Part shown: one piece after another, positions 25,289-36,550 of the stretch
Layout: each line of letters opens with the position of its first letter
Position numbering within the stretch: position 1 is the first letter of the stretch
The notes under the pieces: model-generated
Seen by the model: the letters and a program-made list of their open reading frames with translations, nothing else
What the model was told of the DNA's origin: nothing
The model's database searches: none
Made by a program: the position numbers and the translations under genes
NCBI GenBank assembly: GCA_010405405.1
Contig: MU004234.1
Span: forward strand, 2,639,697-2,703,696
Source of the DNA: Microthyrium microscopicum
Lineage: Eukaryota
Direction: 5' to 3'
Length of the DNA: 64,000 nucleotides

Positions 25289-26310
25289 TATGGCGTATTT
25301 TTGTTGGAAGATAAAAGTATACTTACGTATTGTTTGGTGGCCGAGAAATCGAACGACATATTGTTATATGCAGAACAGAACAACCAAGAAGCGATGGATG
25401 GTGTATTTGCATAGCAGTCATGCATGGGAAAGCGTGGCGTTTTGGGAAATTTTATCTTTCACTTTTGTTATCACTCACGAACGAAAGAACGTCCTTGTTT
25501 TTTTTTGTTCGGCATTTGGTTTTATTTGCATGGAATGGATGAAATGAAATTGTTTTGTGGTGAATTGGTGGAAGAATTGAGCTGTATTTTGGCGACTTGG
25601 GATTGGGGGATTATTATACTTATATCTCTTGGTTCCATGTAATGCTACAATTCTCTTATTCTTGATTATTAGGTCTTTCTTGCATTGTGCATTGTGCTTT
25701 CAGCGTTGGGAAAAGGCACTCGATCGTGATAGAATGGACAGAAGAAGGACGTGTTCGGTTTCTGGCGAATGCATGAATGGAGTCTGCTTGTTCTATTCTG
25801 TGTGGGAATAGTGTATAGCCAAGTACGACTGAAGATACTTTGATCTTTTCTTAGAGGATAATAGAGCTATTACTACACATCGCTTGCCATTGAGTGTCTA
25901 GCTGTTTACACGGGATGATAGAGATGATGGCGTAGGATCACCATACAGTTATAGGTACTAGTTGCGGTAATGACAGTGTTTTAATTTTATAGCTAGTAGG
26001 TATGTTGTATCAACAGGTCTTTTTGTACGTTCCTAAACAGGTTCCATCGATTCCACAAGCTGTTGCTTCCCTATAACGTCCCATCGACAAAGTCCCATTC
26101 CCTCTGAATCATTCTTCATTGACTAGATCGTAACACTGATCTAGTCCATCGCCCACTGAGCCCCACGACAGTCGAAACCGAAATAATAATAAATAATAGC
26201 TCTTTTTAAAAACGATCCATATAACCCGCTTCATCAACGGAAGCCACGCACACAACCAGGACAACAACCACACTTTTCACCCATCACTTTTGACAACTGA
26301 AGCTGCAATT

Positions 26311-28106
26311 TTAGCACTCAGCAGCAACAGTTCCAAAAATCTTAGTATCAAAACCATAATGCTGCGCATCGGTAAATTGGCACTTGTTATTCGTGCATTG
26401 TTCCAACCACGGACACTGATGGCCTAAGAAGCAGCTCTCCTTGATACATCCAGTGCCGAAAGGACACTTTAGAGCGCGTGCCTTGTGGCGCAAGGTCTTG
26501 CGCATTCCATCGTCAATGGGATCGTGGTCGTATACGCAGTTGTACTTGCCGCAAAAGCCGGTGAGATGTAGATTGTTGCAGAGGTTTGCGCCGGATCTCT
26601 CTCGACGCTTGTTGAATTTCTCAAGTTCGATTTGGTTGGGTGGTTGGAGAGGAATGTCGATGCGTTCTTTGGCGCGGTTGACGGGGATGCCTTTGGGCTT
26701 GGGTGGGGCGGGTTTTACGGATATGTTACCGGGTTGTCTTTCTGGTGGTTGTTAGTACGGCTTTCTTAGAGATTATAGAGAATATGTTTGGGTGCTTGTG
26801 AATATGCTTTTGGAGTATCTTGACAAACATGAATCGTTGTACATAGGAGGGGATGGACGGGAGTATTGTGACTGTTGTCGTGAGAGATCACACGTGAAGA
26901 CTCACCTTGATTTGCAGCCGAAGTGATACCAGCATAAGAATTAGAGTTCGAATTGCTTGGTCGTCGATCACCATTGACTGAAGATTCTTCAGGAGTTGGT
27001 AAGCGAGGAGTCGTAAGAGGGTTAGCAGCGTTGTTAGCAGCCTGAACTGCATGGTTGATCGCGGCTCCATTGGTAGTTTTCCCATTTTTGACAGCCTTGG
27101 GAGTAGTGACAGTATTGACAGCCTGTGGAATAGCAGCAGCGCTGACAGGACTTGGAGAGCCAATTGGCAGCAATTGAGTAAACTGTGGAGAACGAAAGAT
27201 GGGTTTGTCTGGCATTGGTTCAAAGACTTCGCCAAAGTCGACCATTCCGAAGGGAGTATCGCGATATTGGGCTCCAGTATTTTTATGCTTAACAAGAAGA
27301 GTCTTATTTCTTGCGACTGGATCGTGGCGGTACTTGTCCAATTCAGCAACGTAACCATTATCATGGCAACAAGCTAAAAAGATCCTTTCGCAATGAATAT
27401 CATGAGCATAGAATCGATAGGTGTCTGTGATATCATAAGTATATATTGGCCAGCTTTGCAGACATTGAACAAACCTCTAAGCTTGGCATCTGCCCGTTCT
27501 TTTCCATATCCACAGTCGATAAAATGAAACAATGGTTGATGTCCTGGGACGTGTTAGTAAACTCATCCAAAAGAAGTGTCGTCGATAATAGTGATATCAA
27601 CACAATCTCCAGCAGAACTTACCAAAAGACCAAAAAAATTGATCAAACCAATCTCTAGATTTAATCTGCCCAGTTTCAAATAATACTTTAGATAGGCCCA
27701 GCCTATTCGCAAATACATTAACCATGACATCCACATCCGCACCCAACGACACAACATTGTCTTGCAATGCGTTCATCACTTGTCTCCGCAGCGCGCTCGC
27801 CGCCTCTTCACCACCATTCTCATGTGCTGCCTCCAAAAACGAGCTCTTGAATTTGTAACCGTCGCCATCAATGAGGACAACGACAAACTTCTTGCGCTTG
27901 ATGGCTTGGTCAGCTGCCTGGGACATTTCGCGGTAAGTCCGTTTATGTTCGCGCTCTTCGTCTAGATCGGCCATGAGCTGTTTAATTCGGCGGGATTGTT
28001 CGTCATTCTGGGTGACTAGTTGCTCGAGTTTGACTTGGCGGTAATCGTCAAAGCGTCGAAATTGAGCTACTTCTTCGAGGGCGATTATGGGTTCGGATTG
28101 CTCCAT
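26311..28106 (-). CDS. CCCH zinc-finger protein with N-terminal coiled coil and NYN/PIN-like domain, ~500 aa, 4 exons
   Basis: Exons 28106-27623, 27543-27475, 27424-26906 and 26741-26311 total 1503 nt in frame. Motifs VVVLIDGDGY, CGYGKERADAKL, ACCHDNGY; C-terminal fingers CNNLHLTGFCGKYNCVYDH, CPFGTGCIKESCFLGH, CPWLEQCTNNKCQFTDAQH. Confidence 0.85.
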
Positions 28107-28888
28107 GGTTTTAGGGGTGTGGCCTGGTTGCAGGCGAGCTGGTAGGTGTGCGGTCAAGCGAGAAGATGGGCGGTTTCTAGGGAGGCTGAAGTAAAGAATT
28201 CGAACAGGGAAAGAGAGGCACTGGGCAGTGTAGATCAAGGCTACTAGTTGTAGGTGTAAAGAGGTATTTTGGAGTAGTAGATGATAAGCAAAGAAAAAGG
28301 TTGAGGATTGGGGGAATTTTTGGACAAGCTGGAGGTGAGGTTGAAAAGTGGGGCTTGCTATCAGCTTGGGGCTACCCTTTTTAGGTACAGTACTAACTAA
28401 GGTTTGAGGTGCTGAAACGAGTGTAAAATCGATTAATCCGAATTCAATACTCGTAAATTGTAGAAGAATACAAATCAAGGAACGGTGACCTTCGAAGTAA
28501 TACTGACGCAGGATACCAGCAAATCATTTCGTCTCTTCATTGCTAACAAGACCTCAGCCCTACAGTGCCATTGCTTCTTCAAACAAGATAGGGGCTATCG
28601 AAATGAGAGACAACATTGAACGCTGGAAAGACATCGAAGAATAGTATCCAATGGCAAGCATATCGAAGGCACCTGAATGGTCAATTGTTTCATTATCAGA
28701 CAATTCTCGAACAGCCTTCTTATAAGGCATAACACATACACAAACAGCATTTGTAAACAACGCTTCTAAACAATCCTTACCATCCCAGTACTAAAGCCGC
28801 TTCTAAAGGTATCAAGTTTATCATAACGGAATCAACAGTACGAATCCAACAATCATGGCAGTCCACAGCCATGGGAAACCAGCAATCA

Positions 28889-31800
28889 TCAACGCCTACC
28901 ATAAACAGGATGCTCCTCCCGCCTAACCTTCCCAGCCGCATTGCCATCACGAGGTCTCGCAGAGCCATCAGACGCAAAGACTGGCTTGCTTCTATCAAGC
29001 AACACACGAACTGACTCGGCGCCTTGACCAACATGTACGAGACCATCGTATTCGCGGACTTGGTGCTCAGCATCTGGTTTGAAGAGCGCAATGATGTCGG
29101 CCATGTTGAGTTTGGCCATGGATTTGCCTCCTTCCAAGGCTGCCTTTGCTAGTGCGCGTTTGGCTTCTTGCAGTTGGAGAATGCGTTCTTCGACGGTGCC
29201 GGCGATTGTCAGACGGTAGACCGTTACGTCTTTGGTTTGGTTGAGACGATGGACACGATCGATGGCTTGCTCTTCGACGAACTGTAGATGTTAGTAAAAA
29301 TACTGGATATGAATGGGATGGTACGTACGGGATTCCAAAATGGTTCCATAAGAACGACTCGGCTGGCTGCTGTGAGGTTGAGACCCAAGCTGCCACATTT
29401 GAGAGAGCAGAGTAAGACTCGACATCGCTTGTCTTCGCGTAATCTACGTAGACTCTCTTCTCGCATATCGTTCTTCATGCTACCGTCATATCTAGCAAAC
29501 TTGTATCGGCCTTGAAGGAAGGGTTCGATAATGTCCAACATAGACGTAAACTCGGAAAACACAATCACCTTGTGTTCAGGAGTCTCTGTCTTCAGGATAT
29601 TAAGCAAGTGTGTGATCTTTGTCGACGCGGTCAAATTCGCAAAAGGCAAGTGTGGCGAGTTTTCTTCGTCTGAGATTTCCTCCTCGGAGCTCTCATCATC
29701 CTCATCATCCTCATCATCGTCGTCGTCGGTTTGAGAGTCTTCACTGCCTAGCCACTGGCCACCCTTTTCTTCGTCTTCATCATCGGTATGTAACTCTCCG
29801 TCTTGTGCACTCGATTGCTTTGTTTTCGGGACAATCCATTCGCCTTCTGCGCCCTCTTCGTCTTCGTCATCGCTGTCGATGATGCGACGCTGGCGAGCGC
29901 GAGCAGCTCGAAGTTTGGCTCGTTCTTCCTTACGTTCCTTCTTTTTGAGAGACTTCAAAGCTTTCTTGGATTCTTTCTTGACCTTTCCTAGGAGTCTCTC
30001 CATGCCAAGCTCCTCTTGTAGATCTTGTTCGCAATCCTCGCAGCGGAGCTGGCCTTTTGACGTCTCCTCCTTGGTCAAAGCACTCTTGCAAACATCGCAC
30101 TTCTGAGTCTTGACACTGAGTCCTCCCAACATATCAGCAATGTCATCGACATCCTTGTCATCATTCGTTTGCTGGACTTGTGGTGCAATGCCAGTCGCCA
30201 TTGCATCCTTGTCCCGCTCAATCTTTCCTCTCATCAATTGCGGATGGTTGCAGGCCTGGCGAAGTCGCAACAACAGAACGAGCGCGCCCATGTAATTCTG
30301 TTTCTCTCCGCTCATCATTTCCTTGAGACTGTCGTTGGCACGGCTTTCCAAGCGGGCATAGAATGTTCGCTCATGATCGCTGAAATCCGCTGAGATGTTT
30401 TCAATCTTCCGCTCAACGATCTTGAAGCCGTTGGAATTCTTGCCGTCTTCACTTGCCTCTCCAAGGGCGCCCTCTTTCTTCATGACATCCTTGGTTCGTC
30501 GCTTCATGAATGCGGTCAAGAAGACCTGAAGGCGGCGCATCGCAAGAAAACCTCGGCCATTCTTCAATGGTGTTATGATTTGCTGTTTCCAGCTAGTGTA
30601 GTCGCAGTAGGGTTTAATTCGAAGAAATCGTATCAGGCTTTGAAGTTCATCGAGATTGTTCTGCATGGGAGTTCCGGTGAGGCACCATCGGAACGCAGAT
30701 TCTAATGCGTAGCAGGCTTGGGTCATCTTTGCATTGCGATTCTTGATGCTGTGTGCCTCATCTAGAATGATTCGATACCAATTTACTCCGAAGCAACCTG
30801 TTTTTGAGCCCGCAGCGTGTTCAGATGTCAAAGTTTGATATGTGGTTACCACAACATCGTATGACTTTAGTTTGGTTGCTGATTTCGTTCGAGAGGGACC
30901 ATGGTGAACAAGAACTCGAAGAGAATCGCATTTCGTCTCAATTTCGGATTGCCATTGTCGGATGAGGGCCAATGGCGCTACTACCAATGTTGCTCCGGAA
31001 CAGTCGAGCGGAATTCGAGGTTTTCGAGCGCGTGTGTCTTTTCGTTCTTGCTCAATCTCATCGTTGGTTGGTCGGCTATGTAGGATAATGAGAGATAATG
31101 CTTGAATCGTTTTTCCCAAGCCCATATCATCGGCTAGAATTCCGCCATTAGGGATGACCTGTCTACCATTCTTCTTCTCCTTTTTGCCACTTTCTTTATC
31201 TTGCATCCAGGCAACACCTGCAATTTGATGAGGCAATAATTTGACCTTGAGACCGTCAACAACTCCAGTCTCTTCTTCTTCCTCTTCCTCTTCCTTCTCC
31301 TCTTCCTTCTTATCGTTTACGTCGAGAGTCTTGAGCTTGTCGGCCAAACTCTTGGTGGCATCCTTTACAGCTTTGACAACTTTATTGGATCGACGTAGTC
31401 GAGGTTTGAAGTTCTCATCGTCTTCATCATCAAAAGCGCCCTCCAGTAGTCCTTTGATATCCTCACTAGCCTTTTCCGGGTCGACGTACATGAAGGGATC
31501 CTGAGCACCAAATGACGTGTTACGTAGTGCCGCGTCGGGATCGAATCCGTCTTCCGAATCAGAATCATTGGCTGCGTATTGAGAAGCCTGAGGCATGGTA
31601 GGCACACTCGGTCGAACATTAATCGGCTGAAAGCCCCCGCCGCCTAAAGAAGAGAATGTAGGTGCAGGACGTGATGTAAATAATGAAGATGTCGGTCCAG
31701 GTGGCGCGGGTGCAATCCAAGGAGGCGCAACGGTATCACCAGGCATTCTAAACACTGGACGACTTGATTGCGGCGGCGGTCTACCATGTTCCGGTCGCGG

Positions 31801-32241
31801 TGCACCCTTTTTGGGAATGTTGAAGAGGTGCGAGTTCTTCTGATCAGCGAGACTGCTTCGTGGATCGCCTGGCATGCGAAAAGCTGGTTGACTATAGCCA
31901 CCAGTGACTGGCTGCGCTTTTTGTACTTCGGGATTGCGGTTCTCTTGCTCAACAGTGTTTGTAGGCGCCGGAGCGCTTGGGCTCCCGGCCTTTTCCTTCG
32001 CCATCTTGTTGAAATCGAATGGGCTGTTCGCAGCGCTTGCAGGGGAGTCGAAGAGGGATGTAGAGTTTCCAATTGAGGAGTTCGCAGGCGATGGTTTTTG
32101 AAAGCTAAATACTTTGGGCGGGGAGTGACTGATATGATCGAAGAGGTAGTTGTTGTCAAAGAGATTGGAAGGTGTAAAGGTGAAAGCACCCGTCCCAGGT
32201 TTGCGCGGCTTTGCCGAACGAGGCGTCCTGTGATCAGTCAT
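28889..32241 (-). CDS. SNF2-family ATPase (Rad5/16-Ris1-Lodestar-like group), ~1101 aa, 2 exons
   Basis: Exons 32241-29329 and 29281-28889. Motifs LLPHQ, GGILADDMGLGKT, TLVVAP, IILDEAH, RWCLTGTPMQN, LLRLRQACNHP, SLKCGSLGLNLTAASRV, EPFWNPFVEEQAIDRVHR. Confidence 0.93.
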
Positions 32242-32719
32242 GTTAGAATATTCCAAATCAGCGCAAGAATGAAGGGCAGAAGTTACAATAAGCAGTCGGT
32301 AAGCTCAGCTGGTAGAAGAGGAATAAAGGGGTGTTGATTGTAGGAAAGTTGGTTGAAATGAGGTCAGGGATCCAAAGTTCGCGCGCTAACATTGAAAGTC
32401 GAGTCCTCAACTCGAATTTCTGCGGTGGTTGCCTTGCGCTAGCCTAGCCCATGTTGCCACGGAAACAGCTTCCAACGCGACTTTTTTCACGCGACGCGAC
32501 TCGAGCACTTAAAGGACGAATTGAGATTGACTGGCTTGAGCAGTGCTATAAACTAATGTCGGACATGAAATATCAGTGATAGATACTAGGAAGCCAGTCT
32601 ATTATTTTTCAACACCTGTATCATCGCACTGCATCTCAAAATTTTAGAGATAGTAGCGATGAACGGGGTGTTGACAACATTGAAAGTGTAGCATTTTGCA
32701 AATTATAGCTACATTATGC

Positions 32720-34234
32720 TTAAGGCTGAATATCATCCTTTCGTGAATGCTTGAAAATGCTCCCGGTCGTGCTCCGAAACGAAGTTGTACTCCTCGATGA
32801 AGCTGGCCGAGGACCCTTCTTGATCGTGTTCTTGACTGAAAACGCTCTCTTCAATCTCGCTAACCGTGAATCTCGCGCTTGATCCTCCTTGTCTCGTTCG
32901 TCAACGCTCAGTCTGAGAACTTCTTCTTCACTCTCGCCGTCCTCATTGTCCATATCTTCATGCTCTTTGCTATGACTGACTCGCTGTTGGGTCCGGTCTA
33001 GCTCGTTCTGCAATAGATCCGCAATTATTTGCCAGCCAGCAAGGCCAGCATAAGAACCAGAGCCACATTGAGATGCGCTGTTCTGCCAGGGACAATGCGT
33101 ACGATGGAGCATCACCGCGTCAAACCGCATCTCTGGTGACCCATCTGGGCCGGTTAGGCTCGCGTAAAGCCAGAGCCCGACTCGAGCAAAGCACTTTTGA
33201 CATGACGCTATACTGACTCCTCCAACATCTTGGCCTGTCCAGCCGCATAGTGCCATTAGCAATGCCGTTTGATTTATGGCTTTGTTTGCAGATATTTCTT
33301 TCGGTTGAGTGGAGTCGTCTTTCGGGTCGCTGTCTGTGCCGGACTTTGGTTCGGCTTGCTTGGCAACAATACTGGGCGCGAGATGTTTGGCAATACCACC
33401 TATACGGAATATAGGCTGGCTCGGGGTACCCTCTGTTTGTTGTTCCACAACTTGTGCAGGTAGGGAGGAAGGAATTTTCGCAAGGGTTTCGTATCGTTGT
33501 ATAAGTTCGCTTTGCCATTGAGCAGGATCCGAGAATTTGATGCGGTAGATGTCATCTGCGGTGCACAATCAAAGTTAGCAATACTCGCAACAATAGCATC
33601 CGATTTACTGACCTTTGCAGCCTGCCTTTCTCCACAAACAGTCTTCCGAGTGACCATCCGCTAGGAGCGTTTGATACTTTTCCACAAATATGTTTTCCGA
33701 GTCCGCTAGCCACCATTTATCTTCATCATCCTTATTTTCCTTGCTGCTCTTTTCGGTCTCCTTTGTAGGATCTGCACCAAGCTTGACCACTACATGCTTT
33801 CCACACGCCTTGCAGCCAACTTCATCTTTGGCCACGACAGACCACCCTCGTTTAGCCCATTGCACTTCTCCTATTGGGCTTGGCTTTGACGACCAGACTT
33901 TGACATCAGTGAAAGTCTTTAGTCGCTCGAGGAACTGGTCTTGGTTCCAAGGCGCGTAGCTTCCAGCGAACCGCTTTGAGTTGGGAGATGATGAGGCCGA
34001 CTGTTTGCCAGTTTCGAAGGTGGATGAGATCAGGCGAACGCTGGTAGTAGATGATCGTACAGCTCCTGGACGCTGGAAGTTTGACATGGACATACGGGAG
34101 CGCTTAGTATGTCGATCATTTGCTGGTGTTGGTGGGGTGCTATCTTGAGAAAGGTCAGGCTGTGAATGAAGTTTTGAGGAACTGAGGTTGTCTAGCAACT
34201 TGTAGAACTTTCTTTTGCTAGTTGCTAGAGCCAT
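32720..34234 (-). CDS. C3HC zinc-finger / Rsm1-like nuclear mRNA export-surveillance factor (NIPA/Pml39 family), ~485 aa, 2 exons
   Basis: Exons 34234-33613 and 33555-32720. YAPWNQDQFLERLKTF...WAKRGW..C..C...H.EDCLWR, and second module ALCGW...CQKCFARVGLW...H..HCPW. Confidence 0.88.
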
Positions 34235-35220
34235 AGTATCGAGAAATAGAGGATGGGAGGTTGAAGGGTTGTTTGATTGGCCACGAGCCTATTAGCGGCC
34301 AGGGAGAATATATTTTAGGTATCAGCTTTGAAAGGTTATGAGCATAATCAAATTATTGTGTTCATCACAGGTTGATTTGTCGATGAGAAGGGACTCGAAA
34401 CAGTGCTTTGGATGAACCTGGAGAGCTTCTTCCTTTGCTGGAAAACAAATACCGCAGAGAATTTTCAGGATGCAACATTAATTAGCCTCTTTTAGTTTAG
34501 TGCAATAATAATTTTTACTAATTATAGATCGTAGTACTACTCTTTATAATTATATATTGGTTTTATAAAAGGGATAATTATATCCTATAACTAGTATACT
34601 AGATTTAGCAACTTACTTAGCTACGCTAAATTACTAGTAAAAGGGTAATATAGAGAGGAAAGCTATAGAAAAGGCTACTAATAAACTAAAGACTTTATAG
34701 CCTTAATTAAACTATAAACTTAACTATATATATAAAAAATATATATAAATTACTAGTAAAAGAACTTAATTAACTAAAAATAATATAGTAAGGACTAATT
34801 CTAAGGCAAAATCTATTAATAGATGCTAAAAAGGCTAACCTTTAGGTAAGGCAAAGTCGCTTTATTAAATATAAAAAGACTACTAAAGAATTTAGTAATT
34901 AGGATAGTAAGATTAACTACTCTACTCTAAAAAAAAGAGCTTTTAAGATATATAATATTACTATATAGACTAAAATCCTAGGATAGATAATTTATAAATA
35001 TTACGTCCTTTAGCTATATAAAAAGTAAATTCTATATTTACGTCTAAAGCTTAGATACTTTAAAGATCTAGTAACTAGGTAATTATAGTAGTATATAACG
35101 TTTAAGGAAGCAAGTAACTACTTTTTAGTTAATAAATCTATAGTCTCTTATTAGTAAAAAAAGCAAGATAAGGCTAAATTTATTACTAGTAACTAGAAGA
35201 AGATAGAACTTAATATAGAA

Positions 35221-36550
35221 TAAGAATACTTCCTAGACTTAGAATTTATAATCTATTGCTAGTTTATTATTTAGCTTATAGAGAACTAAGAGATTTTATC
35301 TAGCTAGTTCTTTAGAGAGGCTACTTAATAATAGCCTCTAGTATATACTTTCCTTATAGCATCTAGATAGGCTATTCCTTAAAGACCTTACTTTTTAAGA
35401 AGCTAGCTTATAAGGTTTTAAAAACGCTACTAGATTTCTTATTAAAAGATAACCTATATAAGCTAAAACCTTTCTTAAGATTAGAAACAATTTATTAATC
35501 GTTTTATTTCTTTTTATTAGTAATGCTATACTAGGTTAGTTACTCCTATAGGCTATAAAGTAGAGGCATATACCTAAATCCCTACTTATTTTATTATAAA
35601 TAGTAATAAAACTCCTTATATATATAAAACTATACCTAGCTATATCTATTACTTAGTAAGATTAAACAATATGTCTTATACTATTTCTAAAAGCAAACGA
35701 AAGAAATAATTAATAATAGTATATTTAGGAGCCTTTACTAATAAGAAGATAGTTATAAAACTATTAATTATATTCTATAGATTACCTACTAAATATTACG
35801 ATTAAAATAAAGTTATTAAGGGATTTCTTTATAATAAACGCGTTATTATAAAGTTTAATAAAACTACCTAAATAAATTTATTCCTAATTATTCTATAGAT
35901 TAAAGATTAATAGGTTCCTTATATAGATTCTAAGTAGTACTAACTTAAGTAAGAATAATATTACTAATAAGCTTAAGGTAAGGATACTCTTCTTTAAATT
36001 TATTTTTATTCTAACTTATTCTTTAGAACGTAGTATAGGCTTTAATTCTTAAAGTAATAAAGCTTATGCTTTTATTACTACTAAACTTATAAAGTTTAAT
36101 AGTAGTCCTACTAACTAAATTTACTTATTAATATAGTCTATACCTTCTTAGCTAACGTTAAAGGTTATTATTAACTCTATAGTATTTTATATAACTAAAG
36201 AAGTTAAGGCTTACTATTACGCATATAGTATTATTCTTATAGTTATTACCCTTAGACTAATAGCTAAGATTTAACCTTTAGATATTAGCATTAACTAAGT
36301 TATTAAGAAGTACCTTTAGGAATATTAAGACAAAATTACTTTTAAAGCGTATCTAAATAAAGATTTTTATAATCTTATTATAAGCAAAAAATGTATTATC
36401 TTAACTAAAATAGTTACTTACGCGTAGGAAAAGGCTTATACTTAGTAAACTTATTAAAAATATAATATTATAAAGTATTCTTTTACTTATACTAGAATTA
36501 ATATTACTCTAAATAGCTTAGAAGATTATCTTATATTAGTAAAAGGAATA
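35221..36550 (+). pseudogene. RIP-destroyed pogo/DDE_1 transposase (recognisable core: CENP-B-type HTH plus DD35D catalytic domain)
   Basis: Reversing C>T/G>A changes by eye gives FS.GWL.RF.KRY.ISY.K.T..SQNLP (~35390-35475), NSDETP (D at 35605), YDERV.VKFNETAW.N (~35830-35877), VIIDS..FH (D at 36173), VI.PGLTAKIQPLD (D at 36281) and SF..TG....DGSEDHLI.VKG (~36478-36547). A 49-nt GTAAGG..CTAAC..TTAG intron at 35978-36026 restores the frame. Confidence 0.85.

Noticed and set aside
28107..28478. 124-codon in-frame extension upstream of the CCCH gene ATG
   Set aside because: TTG start and pyrimidine-rich leader-like composition; the ATG at 28106 has good context (AAAACCATGG).
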